Source of the DNA: Balanoglossus misakiensis
Taxonomy: Eukaryota; Animalia; Hemichordata
Assembly (NCBI GenBank): GCA_040954595.2
Contig: CM082588.2
Coordinates: forward strand, 4,714,156-4,778,155
Reading direction: 5' to 3'
Length of the DNA stretch: 64,000 nt
The notes beneath the pieces are model-generated. The model ran no database searches and was not told the origin of the DNA. It was given only the letters and a program-made list of their open reading frames with translations. A program made the position numbers and the translations under genes. Of the stretch, positions 42,372 through 52,331 are shown piece by piece; positions within the stretch are counted from its first letter, which is position 1; every line of letters begins with the position of its first letter.

Positions 42372-43919
42372 TTAATGTACCCAGCTCTGCGTTACGGTGG
42401 GCGTGCTGCTGTTAGTTGAAGTAAATCCTATATTCATGGCCATGTTGGCATTATTTCCATCAAGATTGAAGTCCATTCCTCCAGTGTCGCCTATATCTGG
42501 CTCGTTGCGAATTATACTATCCACATCGCAGTCAAAGCCACCGTTGAACATGTCCAACTCGAGATCGCTGGGGAACCTGTCGTGCATGTTTGTGAGCTGG
42601 TCCGTTGACAGCGGCATGTTTTGTAGCGCGCCCGGGTACTGACGGAGTGACTGCAGCGGGGGCAGGGTCTGAAACTGTTGCTGCTGCTGCTGCTGTTGTT
42701 GTTGGTGTTGCTGTAGCAGTTGTTGTTGTTGTTGCTGTTGTTGTTGTTGTTGTGTGGAGTTGTTGCCCATCAGCTGTGCCAGCAGGCGGCTGTGTTGTTG
42801 TTGTTGCTGTTGCTGGGGTTGTTGCTGCTGCTGCGGTGGTTGTTGCTGCTGGAATGATTGCACTGGGTTGCTGCCATTCCCCAAGCCCATCGGGTTGGCG
42901 CCGGCCAGGGAATTCAGGTGCAGCAGCCGGGCGGCGTTGAACTTCTGCTCGCGGGTCATGGACAACAGCGACTCCTGCAGCGACAGCGAGTTGTCGCGGA
43001 TCGGTGCCTGCGACAGCATCGGGTCCTGCTGGGTCAGCATGGCGTCGTTCAGCTGGACTGGCGATGACTGCTGCAGGCTGGGCATGCCCAGCATGGGATT
43101 CTCCGATATTGTGTTGAGCGGCGGCGACGTCTGAACCCCTTGGTTCAGCGACAGGCTGCCGGGCTGAACGCTGAACTGTCCGCCGAACGACAACCCCGAA
43201 TTGGAGAGCGTCGAGGTCTGCTGCGGGGCGAAGCTCTGCGCCTGTGTGGACAGGGTGAACGTGTTCCCCGTCTGGTTGGTGTACAGCCCCTGGGTCTGTG
43301 CCTGCGGTTCTTGCATTTGCATCTGGGGTGACATGACCGGTGACATGGTCATCTGCTCCAGCCCGATAGTATCCGGGGCGTTCAGATTCATGGTTTCGGC
43401 CAGCGCGTTGGTCAACTGGTCTGTGGTTTGGCGGAGGAGTTCTGACCCGGAGTACGAGGTCACGGGAATAGCACTACTCCAGTCCAGCGGGGATGGCGAC
43501 ATCGGAGGCACTTCGTTGTCGTGCATGTCGTCGATGTCGTTGGCCATGATGGGGGACAGGCGACCACAGCTGCTGGCGTTCGAGCTGGTGCGCGGCCGGA
43601 AATCTGGGCTCAGTTGGAACGCTGGCAGCGGCGACTCGGCCCCCATGATATCGCTGCCGTCCGGCGTCTGCGGGCTCCACTTGGATCGGTCGCCAGAGGC
43701 GGCGAGTTTCGCGGCCAGCTCGGCGGCCTTCTTTTTGGCACGACCGCGTTTCTTCTCGAACTGTTTGTTGCTGGTGTCCATACTGACAGCTCGGCGTCTT
43801 GACGACTTGCCAGTTTTGGTGGCGTCCGGGTTGATCATCCACCACGAGCTTTTGCCAGTGCCTTCATTTTGCACGCGCACAAATCGCTGGTGGAGCGACA
43901 GATTATGCCGGATGGAGTT
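42372..43919 (-). CDS. FoxO: FoxO coding exon 2 (515 aa + stop; total protein 638 aa)
   Basis: TTTCAG|AAC acceptor; NSIRHNLSLH recognition helix, RRRAVS (Akt site 2), RPRTSS (Akt site 3), poly-Q tract, FDCDVDSII/DFNLD CR3-type transactivation motif, ends SWVH-TAA. Intron 43920-44367 is 448 bp. Confidence 0.97.
   Translation of the reverse strand, partial: NSIRHNLSLHQRFVRVQNEGTGKSSWWMINPDATKTGKSSRRRAVSMDTSNKQFEKKRGRAKKKAAELAAKLAASGDRSKWSPQTPDGSDIMGAESPLPAFQLSPDFRPRTSSNASSCGRLSPIMANDIDDMHDNEVPPMSPSPLDWSSAIPVTSYSGSELLRQTTDQLTNALAETMNLNAPDTIGLEQMTMSPVMSPQMQMQEPQAQTQGLYTNQTGNTFTLSTQAQSFAPQQTSTLSNSGLSFGGQFSVQPGSLSLNQGVQTSPPLNTISENPMLGMPSLQQSSPVQLNDAMLTQQDPMLSQAPIRDNSLSLQESLLSMTREQKFNAARLLHLNSLAGANPMGLGNGSNPVQSFQQQQPPQQQQQPQQQQQQQHSRLLAQLMGNNSTQQQQQQQQQQQLLQQHQQQQQQQQQQFQTLPPLQSLRQYPGALQNMPLSTDQLTNMHDRFPSDLELDMFNGGFDCDVDSIIRNEPDIGDTGGMDFNLDGNNANMAMNIGFTSTNSSTPTVTQSWVH
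42676..42849 (-). repeat. Mixed CAG/CAA poly-glutamine tract within FoxO exon 2
   Basis: Runs of tgc/tgt/ttg triplets on the + strand encode several Q runs in the FoxO frame. Confidence 0.9.
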
Positions 43920-44367
43920 CTGAAATAAATCCAGGGAGGGAAAGTTTGATTGTATTTGCTGGATTACGACGTGACGCACGCATTTAACATGCAGATCAAG
44001 AAAACAAACAATCGCGCGATCGGTGGAAAAGTTGTGCATTGTGCAAAATATGCACGCACATCATGTCGATTTCACGTCCGCGTCTTACGGGGGAATGTTT
44101 ATTGTTTCCGTTACTGTGATCGGATTTCAACGACAACTTGAAATCGACATGAAGTTTACGTGAACTCGGCACGACTGTGGTCAAAATGGCGGCTAGTTAC
44201 CATATCTCAGGTTACCTATTCATGAGATGTCAATAAGTTATGGAACACACCATGCAAATGTCACTATGATCATATAGCGTCGTCGCGTCGGCTGATTTAA
44301 GAACAATTAATGTGTGAATCACCGATTCACACCTCGGCCAGACGCTCTAATTGAAAACAATGCTTAC

Positions 44368-44736
44368 CTTCCAGCCCGCAGAACTGTTGCTGTCACCTTT
44401 ATCTTTGAAGTAGGGGACATTTTTGACCATCCATTCGTAAATTTGTGATAGGGTCAACCGCTTGTCCGGGGCACTCTCGATAGCTTTGGTGATCAGATCG
44501 GCGTACGATAGATTTCCCCACGCGTTTCTCCTCGAAGAATTCTTTCGGCTCGGCGTGCTTTGATCCGGTTTGATGTCTGCATTTTCCTGTGCAGTTTCCA
44601 GTTCAGGTGTCGGCTGATCGGACGAAGGTGGCGACGGCTTCTGGATGGAGAAATCAGGTCGGGGGAGGGGCCATGTGCAAGATCGCGGACGACTCTGCGG
44701 CTCGAAGTCGGGATCTATCTCCGGTATTTCTGCCAT
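44368..44736 (-). CDS. FoxO: FoxO forkhead transcription factor, coding exon 1 (123 codons)
   Basis: [23 protein letters not shown] (Akt site 1), then [55 protein letters not shown]. Ends at a phase-0 AAG|GTAAGC donor at the WK/NSIRH junction typical of FoxO genes. Confidence 0.97.
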
Positions 44737-44963
44737 TTTCGCGCTGAAACTGCTCCGATTACATGTACCGATGTCTCCCGTAAGTCAACACACACGTGCG
44801 AACGAGTAACTCTGCGAGAAATAGGGAACCTGGCGTCAGTTACACTAGATAGTCAACTCTGCATTTCAGCTAGAAATATCTCTACTTCGATGCAGGCTAA
44901 ATCGATGCCAGGGTAAAACGTATATAATGAACACAGTATGCATTTATCTGCATATTGTATCGA

Positions 44964-45136
44964 TGACGTAGTGAGGTTGCCACAGGTCATGGTGCTGGTC
45001 GATTGACCAATCACAGCTCGAGCTTTCTAATCAATTATCCCGTGACCATTGATTTTATCGACCATTACGTCAAATAACTGCCAATCATTTACCAGCTGAT
45101 CCAATGGTGTCCACGATCCGGCTCACGTGCCACGTG
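44964..45136 (-). promoter_or_regulatory. FoxO proximal promoter with blocks conserved in the paralog
   Basis: TGACGTAG (44964), CACAGGTCATGGT (44981-44993), CCAAT box, a 47-bp block at 45028-45074 ending in TTACGTCA, and tandem CACGTG E-boxes (45124-45136). Most of these recur upstream of the paralog. Confidence 0.65.
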
Positions 45137-45850
45137 CCAATAATATACACCCAGCCCACCGAGGGCCTCGCTGGATCTGGCACCGCAAATGAACTGCAAA
45201 AACCTACAGGCCAATCTACTACACTAGATTTACTTTCGAAGGAAAATAGTCGCTATAGCGATAGTCTTAATGTTCATTTGGACAATCATATGACGGGTCC
45301 GCCTTGTCACTTCATTCTGATAATGTTTTGTTTTGTGGTCAAGGCTTGGGTGACCGCAAGCAGCGCAGATAATGAAGTTATGCAAATTACTCACATACGC
45401 TAAATAGCGAATGAGGGCGGTACACAGGATTTCCCGGGAAAACGAAATGCACATGCAACCCTTGTTTTGGCTCCGTGCCAAAGATTGTGTGTGCGCGACT
45501 GGACATAAACACTACGCACATGTTCATTTCATTTCCACAATTACTACGATATTGTATCCATATACCCCATTGAAATTGACAATGTATCGAACTTTTTCGA
45601 CCAGAGACCATCTTTTGGAATGTCTTCTTGTGGACAGAACCACAGGAAATGTTCGAAGTTTACGACTACAGCTACTATAGGTAACAGTACACATATGCAC
45701 AAGTAATTATCAACCGGAAATACCTGACAATTTGCAACCCTGAACCATTTCACAAACAAAACAATGCTCGAAAGGAGTATTAGCCCAGTATTGCAATCGC
45801 CCATATCATGGTACCATGGTACCTTTCTAGTTGAAAACACAACAAGATGC

Positions 45851-45853
<3 letters not shown>

Positions 45854-45902
<49 letters not shown>

Positions 45903-45968
45903 GTCATCATCATCATCATCATCATCATCTTCATCATCATCCTCCTCATCGTCGTCGTCATTATCATC
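45854..45968. repeat. (CAT)n microsatellite upstream of FoxO
   Basis: Visible; produces the spurious poly-H/S/D ORFs. Confidence 0.95.
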
Positions 45969-46620
45969 AGTTGGGAAGCAAGACTTCATAGCACCATATC
46001 GGTCGACTGAAAAAATGCAGGTCGATGCTACATAATCATGGATGAACCTACTATGCATACAAGAAACAAGCCCTCCGTGATGATGAAACAACTCAACATA
46101 CCTGAAGCTAGCTACTAGTAAAGCATTCCGTGAATGAGCTCTGTGATGACTCGAAACGTCTGCGTCGTGTTTCTGAGGTAGAATATTAAGAGGCGTAGTA
46201 AAAATCACTCTTACTACGACCGTGAAGAGACCACGTGATGTTGTTTACGACGCAACGCAGTTGCTGAGAAGTGTTACGTAACCCGTCTTTTAATTGATGT
46301 GTGACAATGGCTACTGTAATACACGCCCACCCACACCTGATATTTGCATGTGTTTCAAGAGAAGCAGACTGAAGTAGGTGGGGTTAGCAGATTTCTTGGT
46401 CGATTCACAGAATCCTGGTCGAGCCCCCACTGTCACTGTCAACACGACAGAATCACAGAATGGACACTCGTGTATTCAAAGAAAGCGGTTACACAACATC
46501 ATGACGCGTTCGGTCTTAATTCCCGGAGTTGATATCAATTGGATGAATTTTCATTTTCATGTAATACGAGACACATACGTAATTGCTTTCTTCAGAAAGC
46601 TTACGTTGTTTTCTGTCTGT

Positions 46621-46718
46621 CATCACTATCATCATCATCATCATCATCATCACCACCACCACCACCACAACTACCACCAACAACCACCACCACCATCGTC
46701 ATCGTCATATCGTCGTCA
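46621..46718. repeat. (CAT)n/(CAC)n degenerate microsatellite
   Basis: Visible trinucleotide run. Confidence 0.9.
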
Positions 46719-47620
46719 TGGTGACCACTTTTTGAAAATCGCCGTCCCGTCAATATTAATCTCTCTGATCACTATGGCGCTGGGTAGTACATGTATAGTT
46801 ATTTTCCCAACATCATCGTTATTTGCTATTCTGTAGGGAGAGTAAAACCACATTGGCATAGTTTATCCCTCGACCTTTCGTTGGCTGTGCGCATTGATCG
46901 ATGAGTGCGCTCAAGCGGGATGAAAGGGCTTGAATGAGGTTATGGTGCAGTGGTGGACACTTATGGTGGCGGTCATTGAACTCATAGTGGATCGATGTTG
47001 ACAGACTAGTGTGTGACACACTTTTTCACCGAATACTAAAATGCTCCTTCGCTTTCCATCAAAACTGTTGTTTAATCATAGATACTCAGCATACTAGTAG
47101 TGATATAACCTTCTAACAAACTCATTAATTAATCAATTTATTTTATTTATTTATTTATTTATTTGTTTGATTTATTTGTTTATTTTTAGACAAGTAGTTA
47201 GAAAATGATAATATAAGTAAAACTGACAAAATACTTGCACACCAATCAAACTTCTAGGCACCATTTTTCTTGCGTATAAGTTCGGCTATCATTAACCGCC
47301 GTCCAATTGGTATGAATTACACAGCATATAATGTTGAGTAACCGTGGACCAACTGTGTGATCGCAATTTACAAGGCCACACCACCACAGTCAGTGTAGAC
47401 ACCTGTAGCTTTTCTCAGATAGTAATCGGATTTAAATCGCCATATCTCGGCTGAGTAAAGTCACTAGTGCATGCATACCAAACACGGTAGCCTGTAGAAT
47501 TAGAACGTACTGCGATATACTCTGCGTGTGTCATCTAGATTATACAATTCAAATCCGATTACAGCATCTCAGAAATGTTGCAGGCTCCTGTATAAACAAC
47601 AGAACCGTCACATGTAACGA

Positions 47621-47667
47621 TGAACCCTTCACCACCTCGGACCAAACCATGGTGTTGGAAGGGTTAA
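47621..47667. mobile_element. Internally deleted copy of the same mini-MITE
   Basis: Reverse complement reads TTAACCCTTCCAACACCATGGTTTGGTCCGAGGTGGTGAAGGGTTCA and shares CACCATGGTTTGGTCCGA with 36301-36318. Confidence 0.55.
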
Positions 47668-49246
47668 ACATACATTAATTTGAATGATGCAGATTGTAAC
47701 ATCTTGATGTGTAGAACTGCTGGGAAGAATGTTACATTTGGGAAGATCAGGGTGCATATTTATAAATCAAATAACGCCATAAATTACTTAATACGTCCAA
47801 GTAGAAATTCAGGAGGCAGACAAACCTTCAAAAATAAAGGCGAATCTGGCCGGTAGAGGGCGTAAGAGTATTTGACGCCTCAGCTGCACGCCGCGATCGC
47901 TGTCATTCTTGCAATCACATCCCTGCTAAAATTGCAAAACCAAATTCGAAAGTTTCCTCGAATCATTAATTCACTTTGCATGAATGAATGAATACTTATC
48001 TACATCACTTCTTGCAATGCGCAGCGCCTTGTCCATCAGTACACCTGTGAACTTTTGACGAAGGAACTGGCCAATCAAATAAAGCCAATTTTACGAGATA
48101 CTTTCGCAAATCAGGTTCTTTCGCGTAACAATCCTTCTTCGAGCATGTGGTTGAACAATACTCAACCACTTATTCGATACATGTACGCACCATACAACTG
48201 TGAGGGTGGCATTCATACCTAGAAGATATCACCACAGACATTTCAGAAGTTTCGGGCAGTTACAAGTGCATCTTTTCGACCGATTCAGATCACCCTTGTG
48301 ACTGCCATATAAGCGACTTGCTTTCAAAACCCTTTTCATTTTCAAACGGTGGTCGATTTATTAGTTTATGAAAGGGTTTGTTTACGACTGCAGTAAACGC
48401 AGGTGTGTAGTTCCTTCTGCTGTAAATAGGACACTTGACAGGTAGCCTGGCAACGTGAATGTTTGTACATCGGGTGATTTATTTTTTTACAGACAGACGC
48501 TGGAACAGACCGAGTTTGGGTTGATCTTATCTCGCTTGTCGTGAGCAAAGTTTATGCTGTATGCCTACACCTGATCATGATATCGTTCTGCATTACAGGT
48601 TAAACCCGTGACTTCAGATCAAATAATCAAGTATACATTCGTATAAAAAACGATAACAAAACGAAAGAAAATGTCAAAAAATGTCAATGAAGTGAACGTT
48701 CAGAAAAAAATGAAACTAGTATCCATATGTAAAACTCAGAAAATGAATATTTATCTATTCATTTTTTATGCGGGATATTTAAAATGGTTCTGGGGTCCTT
48801 TAAATGTCGTGTCATGTCGAACTGAACATCTATAAAATTCGAGGCTTTGCATGGTGTGAATATAGGTACAATTGGACAAGATAAAGTTTATATCTGTATT
48901 TTTGTCATCTTCTAGACACCCATTGTGGGTTGTTATACATAAACACTCCTTCACTTGTCGCAAACATGATAATTTTAACACACTACGTTCGTTTTTTGTG
49001 CTTGATTGGTCGATAAAAGATTATGGTAAACTTTGTCGGTTTTGCCCCTTAAAGTCTGGATGAATCGACAGTCGGTCTTCGCCATTTCTCGGGTCAAATG
49101 TCACGTGAATAGTATATCGTGACTTTTTCAGAGATAATTGCTCAGTTTCAGGTCCGGCAAATAGATCCTAGCAGGCGATAATGGCGACATAGTTTGTACC
49201 TTGAATTCAGGGTCAACGTCCGGACTTAATAATCATTTTTGTCAAT

Positions 49247-49468
49247 TCATTTTTTTATCAATTCAAGACCAGTTTCTGCTTTTCCCATTTCGCCTTGTTT
49301 TCCTGGCGGCCGCGTTGATGCGTGTTTCGAAAGTCCGGAGCGACGTCGCATGGATTTGCCGTTTCTGGGAGCGTTCGGGTTGACGACCCACCACGAACTC
49401 CTGCCCGAGCCCTCGTTCTGTATGCGTTCAAAACGACCATGCAGCGTCAGGGTGTGTCGGATAGAGTT
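49247..49468 (-). CDS. Truncated FoxO paralog, exon 2 (73 aa + stop; total about 194 aa)
   Basis: TTTTTCAG|AAC acceptor; [31 protein letters not shown] completes the forkhead domain. After RRR a net 17-nt deletion shifts the frame into a ~30-aa novel tail ending at TGA. Confidence 0.82.
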   Translation of the reverse strand, partial: NSIRHTLTLHGRFERIQNEGSGRSSWWVVNPNAPRNGKSMRRRSGLSKHASTRPPGKQGEMGKAETGLELIKK

Positions 49469-49864
49469 CTGAAAAATGAAATCAAGATTTTTTAGATATT
49501 TCGATGGCAAAATCGAAACATGACACGATCGAGGTCAGCAGAAACTTTCTTTTGTGTATTTAGAAAATTACGTCAACTCTTTTTTCTGCATCACGACCTT
49601 CTTGACATTTTGATAACAGAAACTATGTACCTTGTAAACGAATAAATCGTGGCCAATATTTAAGAGTTCTGTGACTCCCACACGTCCGGGGTCAAACTGA
49701 CGGATCGTTTTTTTGTGTACTATTTGGCATTTGTCAATAAATTATAAAACGCTGTGTAATTTAATGCAACGAATCATAAACCCAGGCGTCGGTTTTCCAG
49801 TGTTGTGCATGTTAGAATTGTTCAGCCTAAAGTGGTCAACTTCCACCGTGCGAGTTAGCCTCAC

Positions 49865-50227
49865 CTTCCAACCTGACGAGCTGTTGCTATTTCCCTTGTC
49901 CTTGAAGTAAGGGATATTTCTAACCATCCATTCGTAGATTTGTGATAGAGTCAGGCGTCTGTCCGGAGCGCTTTGGATAGCTTTGGTGATCAAATCGGCG
50001 TAAGATAAATTTCCCCACGCGTTTCGCCTTGAATAGTTTTTCCGGGTGGGTGCAAATTGGTGTTGCCTGACGTCAACGGGGTTCTCCGGCAAAATCAGTG
50101 GCGGTGGTGGTCTGTACTCCGATATTGGCAGTTGGTTTGCGGGTGTTGACGGCTTCTGTGTGGAGAGATCCGGCAGTGACGGACGCATAGGGCATGTGCA
50201 GGATGGTGGGTGTCGTATAACTGCCAT
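49865..50227 (-). CDS. Truncated FoxO paralog, exon 1 (121 codons)
   Basis: ATG context homologous to the FoxO start (ctgccatattagcgc vs ctgccattttcgcgc on +). [13 protein letters not shown]...[55 protein letters not shown], then an AAG|GTGAGG donor at the same position and phase as in FoxO. Confidence 0.85.
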
Positions 50228-50409
50228 ATTAGCGCACATGATGCAAAAATAGACTCGATATGTACAGCTGTTAGCGACTACTGTGGTCCAGATGGGAATT
50301 CCAAGCAGCAAAGTTTGTGTGTGGCCAGCAGTTGAACCCGAACTCCGCAATGAATTCAAACTCAGAAACTCCGCTTTCGATAAACCTATCTATTTACGTG
50401 TCTCGGCTG

Positions 50410-50648
50410 TGACGTAGCATTGAAGGCAGTGTTCAGTTGTAAACTTTTGTCGGGATATGAACCAACACGATTAGTTTGACACAGGTCATGGTACGGACTT
50501 CTTACGTGTGGATCGATAACGTTTCGCGTTAATCAATTATCACATTGCCATTGATTTTATCAACCATTACGTCAAAGACCCGTCAGTCATTGACTGGGAA
50601 ACTACTGAATTCAGTTGTATGCCAGCATATCGTGCAGCAAGTCACGTG
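50410..50648 (-). promoter_or_regulatory. Paralog promoter, homologous to the FoxO promoter
   Basis: TGACGTAG (50410), CACAGGTCATGGT (50480-50492), a 47-bp block at 50530-50576 that is 42/47 identical to 45028-45074, and CACGTG at 50643. Confidence 0.65.
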
Positions 50649-50900
50649 TCACCCCGTGCTAAAGAGACAAGTCGCTATCTTTGGACAATGTTGTTTGATG
50701 AATCCAAATATTTAGCTTGTCCCGAACTCTACAATACTGGACAACGATTAACGACTTATACACTGCATGCAAACAGAAGAGACAAGAACTTCGGTGATAT
50801 TCATCCCGGATCATTTATTAGATCAGTTCGCCTCCACATCATCATGGCACCTCTCTCATCCCGAACACACTCTCATTTTGTATAACATTCAATACAGCCG

Positions 50901-50901
<1 letters not shown>

Positions 50902-50994
<93 letters not shown>
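50902..50994. repeat. Perfect (CAT)31 microsatellite upstream of the FoxO paralog
   Basis: Uninterrupted 93-bp CAT run. Confidence 0.95.
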
Positions 50995-51470
50995 TTGATT
51001 TATAAAAAAAAAAGAACGAGCAACCCCCAACAAGTGCTTTTTGCAGGGCGGGTTAAATTTGAGCAGTAGCGCGTCACCTAAAAGTACAACTCTAATTCTT
51101 TTGTTTTTATTAGTACGTGTAATACCATACCACGCTCTCTGCCGAGTTCCACCAGTCTAACCTAAAGGGGCGCTACAATTTACACGCATACGCCGTTTGG
51201 CCAAATTTCTCTGTCGGACAAGTTGGTTTGTACTTATAAAAAAGGGCGTACTACCTCTCAGAAATCAGAAAATAGACTTCATCACTAAAGTTGTGCATCT
51301 CTGTCGTTTCCTTAGAAGTGACCTATAGGACAGTGATGATATTACCCCTCATACCAGCAAGAAGTATTATCTGGCAGATCGAATACCATTGAAGCAATTC
51401 GAATAGCATGCACTGACACGGTAGCAATCGAGCGACCGTCACTCTTTGGCTAATTAATTTAGACCCGACA

Positions 51471-51720
51471 ATTCTGATTGGTCAAGGCTTCAGCACACTT
51501 GAAACGGGTACACCCAACACTTGTGATTGGTCAGTTACGCTGTGCACTCTTAAATTTAAATGTTTAGAGAAAGGTCAGAGATGCGGACAAACATTATAGG
51601 CCGGGTCAACAAACTTGTCTGGTGCCCCTGCGTTCCAAGAGTGCAGAACGTAACTGACCAATCACAAGCGCTGTGGTGTACCTGGTTCAGATGTGTTGAA
51701 AGTAATCGACCAATCAGAAT
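51471..51720. repeat. Inverted repeat with ~80-bp arms, each carrying two CCAAT boxes
   Basis: Arm 51471-51551 aligns with the reverse complement of 51637-51720 (ATTCTGATTGGTC...CTTGTGATTGGTCAGTTACG..TGCACTCTT). Confidence 0.75.
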
Positions 51721-52325
51721 AGCCGAGGTTCACCGCAAAGCCAGACATTTAAATTACATTGCCAGACAGTTTTCACCTGTTGGTGCAAAGATTCCTTTGG
51801 AAGGTCAACGAAATCAGGACACAGTTCTGACATACGCGGACAATATTCTCTGATAGGAATTTTTTAATGTCGCCACCAGCGACGAGTATTGCAAAAAAGC
51901 ACTCAAGAATATTAGTATGCAAAAGTATTGACGCCCCCAACAACATTTTGAACTTCGGCTCTCGCACGTTTGGGAGTTTTTGTTTGATTTTTTTTCATCT
52001 TTGGGCCGTTGATAAATATGTCCGAGCTGTTTTATATTGTTTTGCTTGAAGGAAAAATTACTCAAGAATGCCTGGCCGCACACCAGAGAAATAGCTGAGA
52101 AATTCAATAAACCTTGTGACGTAATCAAATGGTGACGTCATTAATTTAACGCACTTGTTCACAGCAACTTTGTGGGTTTTTTTTTCTCAAAAACCTCTGA
52201 AAACCTACACGCACATGTAGGCATAACAAAGAATTTACTTACTTTGTGACTAATATTTGTTCTCATCTCTAAACTCACCTATTTATACAACTGACAATCC
52301 ATTTTTTGCAACTTCAAAATACAAA

Positions 52326-52331
52326 TTTATT
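52326..52331 (-). terminator. Candidate TULP4 polyadenylation signal (3'UTR about 2.7 kb)
   Basis: tttatt on + at the end of a tract that is U-rich on - and CpG-poor, running from the TULP4 stop; followed on - by a GT-rich stretch. Confidence 0.5.

Noticed and set aside
43201-43923. 240-aa + strand ORF and other overlapping ORFs at 42397-43845
   Set aside because: Antisense or alternate-frame shadows of the GC-rich FoxO exon 2, with no domain features of their own.
43920-44039. N-terminal extension MHNFSTDR... of the 555-aa ORF
   Set aside because: Intronic read-through upstream of the TTTCAG acceptor at 43920.
11861-46248. Scattered FoxO-binding GTAAACA/TGTTTAC motifs suggesting autoregulation
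   Set aside because: The handful I saw is no more than expected by chance for a 7-mer in 64 kb of AT-rich DNA.
45764-46836. Poly-His, poly-Asp and poly-Ser ORFs (also poly-His/Met at 50767-51069)
   Set aside because: Translations of CAT microsatellites with no coding context.
50228-50359. Upstream extension of the 205-aa paralog ORF
   Set aside because: It begins at a non-ATG codon, and the ATG at 50227 is the one homologous to the FoxO start. An in-frame ATG four codons upstream cannot be excluded.
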